A stretch of 64,000 nucleotides of DNA. Origin: an uncultured Nitrososphaerota archaeon (GTDB lineage Archaea; Thermoproteota; Nitrososphaeria; Nitrososphaerales; Gagatemarchaeaceae). The stretch spans positions 1 to 64,000 of the forward strand of contig CAVRAG010000001.1 of NCBI GenBank assembly GCA_963718895.1. Direction: 5' to 3'. Within the stretch, counting starts at the first letter, position 1; the number at the start of each line of letters is the position of its first letter. Made by a program: the position numbers and the translations under genes. Below, piece by piece: positions 19,447 through 29,063 of the stretch. The notes beneath the pieces are model-generated. The model saw nothing but the letters and a program-made list of their open reading frames with translations, did not search any database and was not told the DNA's origin.

Positions 19447-19869
19447 ATGCCGACGAGCCCATCCAAGATCATCGACAAGCAAATCGCGGCTGTGAAGGAC
19501 TGGCGCGGCGAGACTTTAGCCAAACTTCGCAAGATCATCCACGATGCCGACCCGGACATCGTTGAGGAGTTGAAATGGAAGGGCACCCCTGTGTTTTCCC
19601 ACGATGGCGTGGTCTGTTTGTTCAAACCTTTCAAGGACAAGGTGAAGCTGACGTTCTCCGAAGGTGCGCCCCTTCCGGACCCTGAGAAGCTATTCAACTC
19701 GATGCTGGAAGGCAACAGATGGCGGGCGATCGACTTCCACGAGGGCGATAGAATCGACGAGCCAGCCTTGAAAAGGCTCGTCCGCGCTGCGGTGGTCCAC
19801 AACACCGCGAAGCCGAAGCGAAACCACCGCATAAGTAAGGAACCCAACGGATCTCATGGTTCATTCTGA
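19447..19869 (+). CDS. DUF1801 domain protein
   Basis: DWRGETLAKLRKIIHDADPDIVEELKW...KLTFSEGA.LPDPEKLFNSMLEGNRWRAID. Confidence 0.85.
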   Translation: MPTSPSKIIDKQIAAVKDWRGETLAKLRKIIHDADPDIVEELKWKGTPVFSHDGVVCLFKPFKDKVKLTFSEGAPLPDPEKLFNSMLEGNRWRAIDFHEGDRIDEPALKRLVRAAVVHNTAKPKRNHRISKEPNGSHGSF

Positions 19870-20028
19870 GATTGTCGATGGCGGAGCATGAGAGACTGGG
19901 GTTCTTCGCGTTACCTGAATCACTCGATATCCGGCCTCTGACAGAGCAGTGCAGGGATTCACACAGGAGTTCGGATTCGATTAGCGTGCTTCTCCAACAG
20001 GCCAAGATTAACTGGAGGGGCGTCAGCG

Positions 20029-21162
20029 TCAGAGGGTAACCAGGAGGAGAACGGATGCCGCCACCATTGCGGCCCCTCCGACCTTCTGAAGAATACTGCT
20101 GCTCTTTCCGAGCCGTGATGCTGATATGCTCACCCCCTTCTGGGTCGCATAGGTCAAAACGGCGAGAGGGGCCGAAAAGCCGAAGGCAAAGACGAGCAGG
20201 CGGGAGGCCATGGAGTAGACCCCGACTCCCGCCAGTATGTTCAACATCCCGCCGATCATGAATGGTAGGCTGCATCCGAGGGAGAGGAAGCCGTAAAGCA
20301 ACGCGTAGGTGGAAATGCCTCGGATCCGGTCGCTCGATGACCACGCGCCGAGAATCCTCGCACCCGAGTGGAATAGACCGACCCCGAGCAGCGCTGCAAG
20401 CCCCAGCGCCATGAGTGCGAAGGAGATCACAAGCTTCCCGCCGAGCAGGATAGGCCAGAACAGGTTGCCCAGCAATATGAAGAGACTACCAACCAACATT
20501 ATGCCGACCGCCCCTGCGGCGAACGAGGAGATGGAGGAGAGTTCGATGCTCCGCTTGGTGCCCTTTGGCCTTGCCGCGAGGAACCCTACGTAGCCGGGCA
20601 GGAGAGGAAGGACGCATGGTGAGGCGAAGACGCCCACGCCCAGAATAGCCGAGATGACCAGCGAGGGGGATTCGGACGTCAAGAACGCCATTTGTGGAGA
20701 GAGTGACGAGGAGGCCGGTCCGGACGACCCGGAGGAGGCGTCCGTCTGCAGGAACTCGTTCATTGTTTCAGTTGAGGCGAACGTCCCCTCGTGTTCCGCG
20801 ACTCTCACTCCCCCGACGAACAGGATGAATGTCGGGGTCTTCATGATGTTGTAGGTCCCGAACAAGGGAGCGGTCGTCGTGCTGTACCTCACCTCAACGA
20901 GGGCAATCGAACCGCCATACTCCGTCGCGAGCGCTTGCCAGAGAGGCCTCATTGCATTGCAATCTGAGCAACCGGTCTCCGAATAGAACACCGCCACTCT
21001 GTCCGATCCGGCCAGAACGGCGTCAAGTTTCTGCGGCGTCACGTCGAGGGCGGTTGCACTCTGGGCTTCGGATTCATAGACCGCCAATACACACAGTACC
21101 AGTGTGAACACTGTAAGAAGGACCAGGAACGTCAGATCGCGTCTTTCCGTGCTCGCTTTCAG
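20029..21162 (-). CDS. Thioredoxin-CcdA (DsbD transmembrane) fusion
   Basis: N-terminal TM, Trx with CSDC and KTPTF, then CcdA with SPCVLPLLPGY and LGCSLP; start uncertain (GTG 21111 or in-frame CTG 21162). Confidence 0.8.
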   Translation of the reverse strand: MKASTERRDLTFLVLLTVFTLVLCVLAVYESEAQSATALDVTPQKLDAVLAGSDRVAVFYSETGCSDCNAMRPLWQALATEYGGSIALVEVRYSTTTAPLFGTYNIMKTPTFILFVGGVRVAEHEGTFASTETMNEFLQTDASSGSSGPASSSLSPQMAFLTSESPSLVISAILGVGVFASPCVLPLLPGYVGFLAARPKGTKRSIELSSISSFAAGAVGIMLVGSLFILLGNLFWPILLGGKLVISFALMALGLAALLGVGLFHSGARILGAWSSSDRIRGISTYALLYGFLSLGCSLPFMIGGMLNILAGVGVYSMASRLLVFAFGFSAPLAVLTYATQKGVSISASRLGKSSSILQKVGGAAMVAASVLLLVTL

Positions 21163-21695
21163 GTGCTGAGCACCCGATTGGGACCACTTTGGTCTGCTAG
21201 TTAAGAGGTGGGGCGTTTATCAATAGTGAGAATGGGCCCGTTCGACCACGGCCGTTGAATACTGCTCTCGTTGGGACCTACCCTCAAACGGGTTCGGACC
21301 TCGAATCTGCCTTTTCCAGGCGGCACGGATACTATCCGCGTGGGGCTCGTAGGATGCGGAAGGTTCGACAGGATAAGCGAGCGCTCCATCCTTGGTCGGA
21401 GATGTCGGGTCCACTAGGATCTGCATGGGGCCACCCGGAAGACCTCCCAATAGACGACAAGATAGCATCGTCGAAGGGACTACGCAGATCTCCTGGAGGA
21501 GGGAAAGGTCTACGCCAGCCTTAGTTCATGGAAGAATCGCATCACGAAGATGTGGGAGGGCACATCCAGCCCGTAAAGCGCGGGTTCGAACTCGGGATAG
21601 ACCTCCAACCGATTCGATTTTGGGGCTTCTGCTTCTTATGTCATCGATGGTCGCGCTCGTGGGCACGACCCCGATGGATTTGAAGACCACTTCCT

Positions 21696-22091
21696 TCAAG
21701 ACTCAGTCACCGCTTGGTTGTCCAGCGTTCCATTGATGTAGGCGACTACGGCTTCCTCGGTGAATGCGATGGTTGTCACATACGGCTTGATTCCCATCTG
21801 ACGAATTGCGTCGTACATTGGTCGCCCCATCCCTCTGGCGACGAGGGCTTCGCAATCCCTGACGTTAGAGAGCATCTCCCCGTGCCCGGGATGTTCGTCA
21901 CCACCTTCGTGCGTGACACCGCCGTCAGTGCGTTCCCCTCCATGATGCCAATGCCAGGCCTTCGGCCTCATTTCCTTCCCCTTGATTACGCCGCCTTCTA
22001 TCTCGAAGACCAGATAGAACTGCGCCATGCCGAAGTGAGGTGAGACTGTCCTTCCGTCGTTGGTTACGACTCCGATCCTGATGCCGCCCAT
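21696..22091 (-). CDS. NifB/NifX (FeMo-cofactor-binding fold, MTH1175-like) protein with His-rich loop
   Basis: VSPHFGMAQFY, HWHHG..HEG..HPGH, DCEALVARGMG. Confidence 0.85.
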   Translation of the reverse strand: MGGIRIGVVTNDGRTVSPHFGMAQFYLVFEIEGGVIKGKEMRPKAWHWHHGGERTDGGVTHEGGDEHPGHGEMLSNVRDCEALVARGMGRPMYDAIRQMGIKPYVTTIAFTEEAVVAYINGTLDNQAVTES

Positions 22092-22098
22092 CCCCCTT

Positions 22099-22605
22099 TC
22101 ACTGGAAGACAACGGCGGCCACCCTCTTCTTCGCCTCGCCAAGTATCTCCTCTATCCTCTCCATCTTCTCGCTGTCGATGTAGTCTGCGTTCATCATGAT
22201 CATCGCCTGCATGTCCCGGAGGTCGCCCATGAAGCTGAACTGCCCCACCCTTCCGGCGTACTCCTGTCCTGCCTTCAGACGGCCGACGACATCCTCATTC
22301 TCTTCGAGGTGCTTCTTTCCCTCCTCCGTTATTGAATAGACCCTCTTGCCATCTTTCTCCTCAGAGACCACTAACCCCAGGTCCTCGAGCTCATGCAGCG
22401 TCGGATACACCATGCCAGCGCTGACGGGACGCTGGTAGGTCCTTCCGATCTCTTGAATCAGGGCGTATCCATGCATTGGCTTCTGACTCAGAGCGATGAG
22501 GATGAGGAATCGGAACTCACCGCGCCTCGCGCCGAACCCCATGCCTAGTCCTCCGCCCATAGGCCCGAAGCCATGGTGTCCGTGGTGATGCCCGTGTTCA
22601 ACCAT
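22099..22605 (-). CDS. PadR family regulator with His-rich N-terminus
   Basis: HGHHHGHHG; PMHGYALI, SAGMVYPTLHELEDLG, KRVYSITEEG. Confidence 0.9.
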   Translation of the reverse strand: MVEHGHHHGHHGFGPMGGGLGMGFGARRGEFRFLILIALSQKPMHGYALIQEIGRTYQRPVSAGMVYPTLHELEDLGLVVSEEKDGKRVYSITEEGKKHLEENEDVVGRLKAGQEYAGRVGQFSFMGDLRDMQAMIMMNADYIDSEKMERIEEILGEAKKRVAAVVFQ

Positions 22606-22705
22606 TTTCCATCGCCTGCCACATCACTTGATATATTAATAAATGCATCAATTGATATGTTTATTTACACCCACTTCCATCATCATTGGGGGAAGTGAGA
22701 AAACA

Positions 22706-22885
22706 ATGTGTGGACACTGCCACGACGAATGGAGCGGCTGCTACTCGCATCACTACTCGAGATCCAATCGAATTAGGGCAGGATACTACGAGGAGCCCAC
22801 TCCAGAAGACAGACGCGAATACCTGGAAGAAGAGAAGAGAAGACTCAAGGAGATAGAAGCAAGAATGGCAGCCGCGACCAAGTAG
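22706..22885 (+). CDS. Small Cys/His-rich coiled-coil protein (DUF5320-like)
   Basis: MCGHCHDEWSGCYSHH...RREYLEEEKRRLKEIEARMA; divergent from padR. Confidence 0.55.
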   Translation: MCGHCHDEWSGCYSHHYSRSNRIRAGYYEEPTPEDRREYLEEEKRRLKEIEARMAAATK

Positions 22886-23022
22886 AGCGACTGCCGCTGC
22901 ACTAGCCTTCTCCTTCTTCAGTCTTGCCGCATTCCAGAACATCCCCAAGAGAACGAATTCTGTCGCCCTACTGCCCGGTTGAGACCGTTACCCGACACCC
23001 AGGAGAATAAGCGGTCCAAACG

Positions 23023-23712
23023 TCAACAAGGACGGTCGCCAGCTGTGATAACATTCATCCTCCGGAAGAGACGCCTCCCGCGACCGGCTGCTTCTCGGGG
23101 CTTCTCGTTCAGGAATCCATCATGCAGAGTCGTCCTCTGCTTAGGGACCTCGCAGACAATCCCATAGTGATACGGACCCGCGTATATCGACCTCCTGACC
23201 CTGAAACCGCCCTCGGAGAGCAGGGTCATTGACTCTTCCTTGCTAAGGCGGATGCCCAGGGGCGGACCATTCTCCGATTGAACTTTCCGCCAATCCACGT
23301 CTACCACTGTCGCTTCCGGCTTGGATATGCGCCTGACCTCCTTGAGGAATTGCTTCCTGTCCTCTACATCATGGAGGATGTTCGCGAGGAGCGTCACATC
23401 AACGGAACCTGAAGGGATGCCGGTCCTAGAGATGTCGGCTTCGACGACCTTGACCCTCTTCCCGTCCATACCACACCTCTCAATCCCAATCCGCAGGTGG
23501 TGCAGCATGGCCGGATCCGCATCTACGGCGTAGACTTTCCCTTTCTCGCCCACCATCGAGGCAATCGGCAGAACGAAGAATCCGGGCCCGCAACCCAGAT
23601 CAGCAACCGTCATGCCTTCCCCAATCCCGATGTCCTTTGCAATCTTCACTGGGTCCTGCCACACTCTCCGTGCATCCGACATCAGGCGCCTGACGTAGTC
23701 ATCGACACCCAT
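23023..23712 (-). CDS. Class I SAM-dependent methyltransferase
   Basis: VADLGCGPGF, VYAVD, ANILHDV, DW..GPP. Confidence 0.9.
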   Translation of the reverse strand: MGVDDYVRRLMSDARRVWQDPVKIAKDIGIGEGMTVADLGCGPGFFVLPIASMVGEKGKVYAVDADPAMLHHLRIGIERCGMDGKRVKVVEADISRTGIPSGSVDVTLLANILHDVEDRKQFLKEVRRISKPEATVVDVDWRKVQSENGPPLGIRLSKEESMTLLSEGGFRVRRSIYAGPYHYGIVCEVPKQRTTLHDGFLNEKPREAAGRGRRLFRRMNVITAGDRPC

Positions 23713-24107
23713 GGTTCAGGTTGCAGGGCACACTAGAAAAAGGGACCGATGCCCCGCTTCCTCTGGGGGAAGAACTCCCGCGTGGCCAGTTCATCCTGGA
23801 ACTCGGAGAGGAGTAGGGCCCTCCGGTGTGAGCTGGCACTGCGGTCAACGTCGCAGTCGAAGGCACGGCAACGAGAAGAACGAATAGGACGACTGTCCGA
23901 CCTCGAAGTCTCAATAACTGCCTCTCGAGTCGAGAATGGCGCAAATGCCCGCCTATGAGGGTGGTTATATTTCGCTGCGCTGCTTCTTGCGTGGCTCACG
24001 AACACTCACCCGCCTGCTACGCATTAGCCGACCAGCCCGGTGGTGGGATATGATATACGCACGGCTAAGCTAGATGGTGAAGCAATCCTTTTTCCAAGGC
24101 TTCTTTG

Positions 24108-25085
24108 TCAGGCTCTGTCGTCATCTACTATGGTTATGACTACATTCCCTGTTTTTTGACCCTTTTCGACATACCTGTAGGCTTCGGCGATTTGCTCCAG
24201 CGAGTAGCGTCTATCGATGACCGGCCTGAATTTGCCCGAATCAATGAGCTCTTTGAAGAAGACCGCGTCTTCCTTCTTCTCCTTTGGAATAGGGAATATG
24301 ACCTTCTTGGCGCCGAACATCGAAGTCCATAGTGACAAGAATGCGTTCTGGTACAAGAAACCAAGTTCGGTCGAACAGTAAATCCCGCCAGGTTTCAGCA
24401 ATCTCTTGCAGGCGCCAAACGAGCTCTTGCCGACCGCATCAAAGACGAAGTCATACTCCCCGCCGCTCTTTGTGAAATCTTCCTTCGTGTAATCAATCAC
24501 CCTGTCGGCCCCAAGAGATTCCACTAACCCTGCACTCCTTGTGCCGCACACGGCTGTAACCTCGGCACCGTAGTATTTTACGAGCTGGACGGCGGCTGAG
24601 CCGATGCCGCCTGTCGCGCCGTTAATCAGGACCTTTTGCCCGCTCCGAACGTTCGCTTTCCTGATGTTGTTGAGCGCGTAGTGTCCACCCTCAGTTATTG
24701 GCGCGGCTTCTTCGTAGGTCATGTTCGTCGGGATGGCTGCCAGCATGCCTTGTTCGGGCACGGTCAGGTACTCTGCATGGGCACCAAAACTAACCCCGCT
24801 GTATCCAAAGACGCGGTCGCCGTTCGCGAACGATTTTACGTCCTTGCCCACTGCTTCAATTTTGCCGGCGAATTCGTTCCCTAGTATCCTCCTTTTTGGT
24901 CCGAAAAGGCCGCTCACAAGCCTCACAAAAGACGGCTTGCCTCTCAGGAAGCCGCAGTCTGTCCGATTTACCGTTGCCGCGTGTGTTTTGATTAGAACCT
25001 CGTTGTCCTTGGGAGTCGGTTTCGGTACCTCCTTGAGCTGAAGAACGTCAGGAGGCCCGTACTTGGTGTACACAACTGCCTTCAT
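24108..25085 (-). CDS. NAD(P)-dependent MDR oxidoreductase (zinc-independent, alcohol dehydrogenase-like)
   Basis: MKAVVYTKYGPPDVL, INGATGGIGSAAVQ, FDAVG, PVIDRRY, KTGNVV. Confidence 0.9.
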   Translation of the reverse strand: MKAVVYTKYGPPDVLQLKEVPKPTPKDNEVLIKTHAATVNRTDCGFLRGKPSFVRLVSGLFGPKRRILGNEFAGKIEAVGKDVKSFANGDRVFGYSGVSFGAHAEYLTVPEQGMLAAIPTNMTYEEAAPITEGGHYALNNIRKANVRSGQKVLINGATGGIGSAAVQLVKYYGAEVTAVCGTRSAGLVESLGADRVIDYTKEDFTKSGGEYDFVFDAVGKSSFGACKRLLKPGGIYCSTELGFLYQNAFLSLWTSMFGAKKVIFPIPKEKKEDAVFFKELIDSGKFRPVIDRRYSLEQIAEAYRYVEKGQKTGNVVITIVDDDRA

Positions 25086-25268
25086 GTTGTGGGTGGTGAT
25101 GATGACTGCTGGAACCTTTCGGGAGATAGGTTGCCCGTTCATGTCTCTGGAAACTCTCGACGGGCCCCAGCAGGCGTTCCTATCAACGTTGGAAGCTCGC
25201 GTGTAGCGCACCGTAGGGCGACAGACCGGATTGTTCCCGGGGTCGCTTGTCGGCTCATTTCTGGATCA

Positions 25269-25694
25269 TCAGCCGACGATTTGGGTTATCTGCTTGGCTA
25301 TCCCGCTCTCGACATGTGTCGTCCAGAGTACCTCCGACCCATCCACCACCAGAGCCAGCGGAGAGAAGAGTATCGTCTCAACAACCGCCACGCCGGCGTT
25401 CTGGAGCCATTTCCCGATTCCGATGTGGACTGAGAAGTCCGTGGGCTGCCCGGCGATCAAAATCGAGAAAGCCCTGTTCGCATCGACCAATCCGCGGAGG
25501 ATTCCCGCCTTCTGGGCCTGAATGACGTTGCCGATGGGCGCCTTCATCGACTGGGTCTTGTATCCATCGGTCTTGAGCTGCTGCTCTATCTGCTGCGACA
25601 GCTGATCCAGGTCCTTGTTCTTTCCCTGGAAGCTAAGGTTAATCCAAGCTGCGGTGTCCTTCGGTATCGCATTTGAGGTGTTTCCAGCCATCAT
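25269..25694 (-). CDS. Conserved-looking hypothetical protein
   Basis: Protein-like composition only from MMAGNTS onward; the longer track ORF overlaps the GNAT gene. Confidence 0.6.
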   Translation of the reverse strand: MMAGNTSNAIPKDTAAWINLSFQGKNKDLDQLSQQIEQQLKTDGYKTQSMKAPIGNVIQAQKAGILRGLVDANRAFSILIAGQPTDFSVHIGIGKWLQNAGVAVVETILFSPLALVVDGSEVLWTTHVESGIAKQITQIVG

Positions 25695-25882
25695 GTTATC
25701 TCGAAGGATATCCCTCATCGGCCCGGTTAAGGGGGACGTATTTTCTGTAAGGTTTTGTGTTTCTTGCACCGGAACCTGTTGGGCGCCTGCGGTGACCGCG
25801 TGTTGGAGCTCCATCTTCCGCCACCGCCTCCAAAGCGGTCCAGTTGGAAGTGATTTGGGGACGGTTCTCTCGGCTGGGACCA

Positions 25883-26719
25883 TCAGCGGCGGAACAGGTT
25901 CTCGGGCAGCTCTGGCTTGGCTAGGACATAGCGCAGCTCCCCAGCCTGCTCCAGGAGGGCCACCGCCGCGAAGCCCGCCCCGAAGTAGCGCCGGAAGGCT
26001 TCCCTGGTCGCCTCCCGCCACCTTCTTGCCTCGCCCACGTCCTTCTTCTTCAGCTCTACGATGTCTCTTGGGATGTCGAGGAGAGCCTTATCGACCGATA
26101 GGTCGACGCGCCAGTCCGCGCACTTCGGGTAGGGTTCGGAGCCGCTCCTCTGGATGACTCGGAACGTCTCGCTGGTAACACCCCTGCCGGAAGCCCGTAT
26201 GATCCTCTGGGTCGGGGAATCAAGGAACCACTCGCACAGAAATCGGTCCGTGGGCAGCCCCCAGTTTATCGAGTCGTTCATCGGGCCATAGTAGTCCAGG
26301 AGGTAGTTCCGAGAGATGACCCCGAGCTTCTTCATGTTGAAGTGTGCGTTGCGCCCGATCATTGGGTCGAAGGTCCATGCGATCATGTGGAAGCCCCTCC
26401 TGAGGGCGATCTCCCTCTGTTTACGCTTCAGCAGATACCCGACGCCCTTCGACTGATACTCCTTCGCGACGCCCGTCTGGTGGGAGTACATGTAGACGTT
26501 CCCGCTCTTGTAACCCATCAGCAGCAGCGAGTAGCCAACCATCTGTTTGCCGTCGAAGGCCCCCAGCACCAACCCACCGTTGTCCTGAATCGCTATCAAC
26601 ACCTCCTTGGGAGTTACACCCCTGTCACCACCCCCCCAGGCAGAGGCCTGGACGCCCTCGGCCAACTCGAACTCGGCGGTATTCGAGAGGGCTCGGACTC
26701 TCACACCCAAGGCAGTCAT
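25883..26719 (-). CDS. GNAT acyltransferase (putative D-amino-acid N-succinyltransferase)
   Basis: GGLVLGAF, YSHQTGV, QSKGVGYLLK, WTFDP..RNAHFN..KLG, TDRF; divergent from NSAR/OSBS. Confidence 0.8.
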   Translation of the reverse strand: MTALGVRVRALSNTAEFELAEGVQASAWGGGDRGVTPKEVLIAIQDNGGLVLGAFDGKQMVGYSLLLMGYKSGNVYMYSHQTGVAKEYQSKGVGYLLKRKQREIALRRGFHMIAWTFDPMIGRNAHFNMKKLGVISRNYLLDYYGPMNDSINWGLPTDRFLCEWFLDSPTQRIIRASGRGVTSETFRVIQRSGSEPYPKCADWRVDLSVDKALLDIPRDIVELKKKDVGEARRWREATREAFRRYFGAGFAAVALLEQAGELRYVLAKPELPENLFRR

Positions 26720-26746
26720 CTGCTTTCACAAAACCGATTATAAGCC

Positions 26747-27883
26747 TTGAAGCGCCGAGAGGAAGGACAATTAAGCCGGCACGCCTGTCCGCGGACGTTG
26801 GAACTCAAAGTTAGCCTCATCAGGCTGCCTTTTCTCTCTCCCTTCACGACGAGCTTCGGGACGGAGGCGGAGAGAAACGCCCTGATCCTGGAGATGAGCG
26901 CGGACGGAGTCGAGGCCTACGCCGAGGCGGTCACCAGCGAGGGACCGTACTACAGCTACGAGGACAACGAGACGGCCCTCCACATAATCCGCGATTATCT
27001 GGCCCCGGAACTGAAGGGGCTACCCAACCCCGCCGAGTTCCTCGAGCGCACCTGGAGGATCAAGGGCCACAACATGGCGAAGGCGTCCTTGGAGATGCTC
27101 CTGTGGGATTATCATGCGAAAGTCCGGGGCGAGCCGCTCAGTAAGGCGCTGGGAGACTCCAAGGGTTACGCCGACGTCGGGATCTCCCTCGGCATCGACC
27201 GGCCGGAGGTCACGCTCAAGAGGGTTGGGGACGCCATCGACCGGGGTTACAAGCGCATCAAGCTGAAGATTGAGAGGGGCAAGGAGTACGGCATAGTGAA
27301 GAACGTCCGGGACTCCTTTCCGGAAGCCCAACTTAGCGCAGACGCCAACTCGTGCTACACGCTGAAGGACATGGACGCCCTTAAGCGGCTGGACGCGTTC
27401 AACCTCGTCTATCTGGAGCAGCCGCTGGAGCATGATGACCTGCTGGACCATTCTAAGCTGGCAAGGGAGCTCTCCACCCCCATCTGTCTCGACGAGTCGA
27501 TAACAAGCCCCGAGAGGGCGAGCCAGGCCTTTGAGCTGAACGCCGCGAAGGTCGTGAACATTAAACCGGGACGCGTCGGAGGGCTGGTAAACTCGAAACG
27601 AATAGCCGAGATCACCAGGGAGAACGGTGGCCACGTCTGGGTGGGCGGAATGCTGGAGACCGGGATCGGGAGGGCGTTCAACGTGGCCTTCGCCTCGCTC
27701 CGCCTCATAGACTACCCGGGCGACACTTCACCCAACGACAAGTACTTCGCTCGCGACCTCGTAAAGAACCCATTCAATATGACGGATGGGACGATCGCGC
27801 CCAACAAAGGACCTGGCATCGGGGTCGAAGTCGACGGAGAGTTCCTCGCCACGTCCGCCGTAAAGAGCTGGACCCTGCGCTAG
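26747..27883 (+). CDS. menC: o-succinylbenzoate synthase / N-succinylamino acid racemase (enolase superfamily)
   Basis: PFTTSFG, YKRIKLKI, DANS, EQPL, CLDES, NIKPGRVGG, GGMLETGIG, GDTS; start may be TTG ~26798. Confidence 0.85.
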   Translation: MKRREEGQLSRHACPRTLELKVSLIRLPFLSPFTTSFGTEAERNALILEMSADGVEAYAEAVTSEGPYYSYEDNETALHIIRDYLAPELKGLPNPAEFLERTWRIKGHNMAKASLEMLLWDYHAKVRGEPLSKALGDSKGYADVGISLGIDRPEVTLKRVGDAIDRGYKRIKLKIERGKEYGIVKNVRDSFPEAQLSADANSCYTLKDMDALKRLDAFNLVYLEQPLEHDDLLDHSKLARELSTPICLDESITSPERASQAFELNAAKVVNIKPGRVGGLVNSKRIAEITRENGGHVWVGGMLETGIGRAFNVAFASLRLIDYPGDTSPNDKYFARDLVKNPFNMTDGTIAPNKGPGIGVEVDGEFLATSAVKSWTLR

Positions 27884-28047
27884 GAGATCGCGGGGGCTGT
27901 AGGCCCAACATGGGGGGATCAGGAGAAACGACCTCCTCGCTACGAACCCGACTGTGACCATCTGCTCCTCACTAACCGTGGCAGAAGCCCCCCGAGTACT
28001 TGACAGAACTCTACTGCCGGGATGACGTTCTCTGCGTTACCGCAACC

Positions 28048-29037
28048 TCATCTCACGAGATGTTCGGCGGAACCGGCCGTGTCGCCGCCCACGTTCACAT
28101 GCGGGGGGAGAGGGGGCCCTCCGCCGCGCCCCGAGAAGGGCTTGGTTGTCCTGGAGTAGATGAGAAGGACCCCGATGTAGAAGGCGAAGAAGATGCCGTA
28201 GCCCAGCCAATCGTGTATTCCCCAGAACGCCGCCGAGCCTTCCTCGAACCCGAACCATATCATGAGCGCTATCCTCGCCGAGTCGAGCAGAGGGATGACC
28301 AGCACCCCGACGATCGCGAACTTCGCCGTCGTGGACAGGGACCTGCCTATGTCTAGCTGCATCAGGCCGAGCAGAGCGAGGTAGATGCTGATGGAATAGA
28401 CGGCCGAGCAGGCGGGTGTGACGACGGCGCTCACAGACTCGCCCGTCCGGGAGACGAAGGCGAAGGACGCGCCCTGCCAGGCCACGTTTATCCCGAGGGC
28501 GCCGGTTATTCCTGAGGTCAGGTAGCTCGAGAGGGAGGCCATGGGTCCTCCGAGGGTGTCCAACATGAAGAGCGGTGCGATCAGACCTATCGCGTACAGC
28601 GACGTATAGGGGAGCATTATCCTCCACATCCTGGGACTCAGGGCGATTAGGGCACCGTATGCGACGAGCACCAGGGAACAGGCAGATATCTCCATGGCGA
28701 GGTACACCGATTGTCCCAGCTGAAGGGAGAAGAGTGCCCAGAGGGCAGCCGGCAGAAGGACGAACGCAACACCCACCAGCCTGATGGCGGGCATCGAGGT
28801 CGCGCCCTGCTCGGTCAGAAGCACCTTGTGAAAATCGTTCCACCGAAGCGCTGTCAGCAGAATCAGGAGGGCGAGAAAGGGGTACGCCGGAAAGACAGTG
28901 CCTAGGGTCGATGTGAGCAGCTCGCTGAGTCCCGACGTCAGGACTAGAACCTGGTTGGAGTAGAGGGCAAAGATCAGAAAGAACGTGGCGCCTAGCCATA
29001 CGACGAGCCTTGCGTGTCCGCGGTCGACCCTAATCAT
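28048..29037 (-). CDS. Archaeosortase/exosortase-family transpeptidase
   Basis: Multi-TM; Cys-Arg-His triad in VTPACSA, DSARIAL, GIHDWLG. Confidence 0.85.
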   Translation of the reverse strand: MIRVDRGHARLVVWLGATFFLIFALYSNQVLVLTSGLSELLTSTLGTVFPAYPFLALLILLTALRWNDFHKVLLTEQGATSMPAIRLVGVAFVLLPAALWALFSLQLGQSVYLAMEISACSLVLVAYGALIALSPRMWRIMLPYTSLYAIGLIAPLFMLDTLGGPMASLSSYLTSGITGALGINVAWQGASFAFVSRTGESVSAVVTPACSAVYSISIYLALLGLMQLDIGRSLSTTAKFAIVGVLVIPLLDSARIALMIWFGFEEGSAAFWGIHDWLGYGIFFAFYIGVLLIYSRTTKPFSGRGGGPPLPPHVNVGGDTAGSAEHLVR

Positions 29038-29063
29038 GGCTCGTCCGAGCCTGCGAGCTGAAA

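Noticed and set aside
21180-21690. Short ORFs in the gap between Trx-CcdA and NifX, and similar gaps at 16.7-17.1, 23.7-24.1 and 45.9-46.3 kb
   Set aside because: No recognisable motifs, repeats or stable RNA structure by eye; probably decayed gene debris
21696-22091. Nitrogen fixation inferred from the NifX-like gene
   Set aside because: This domain is widespread in non-diazotrophic archaea; no nifHDK present
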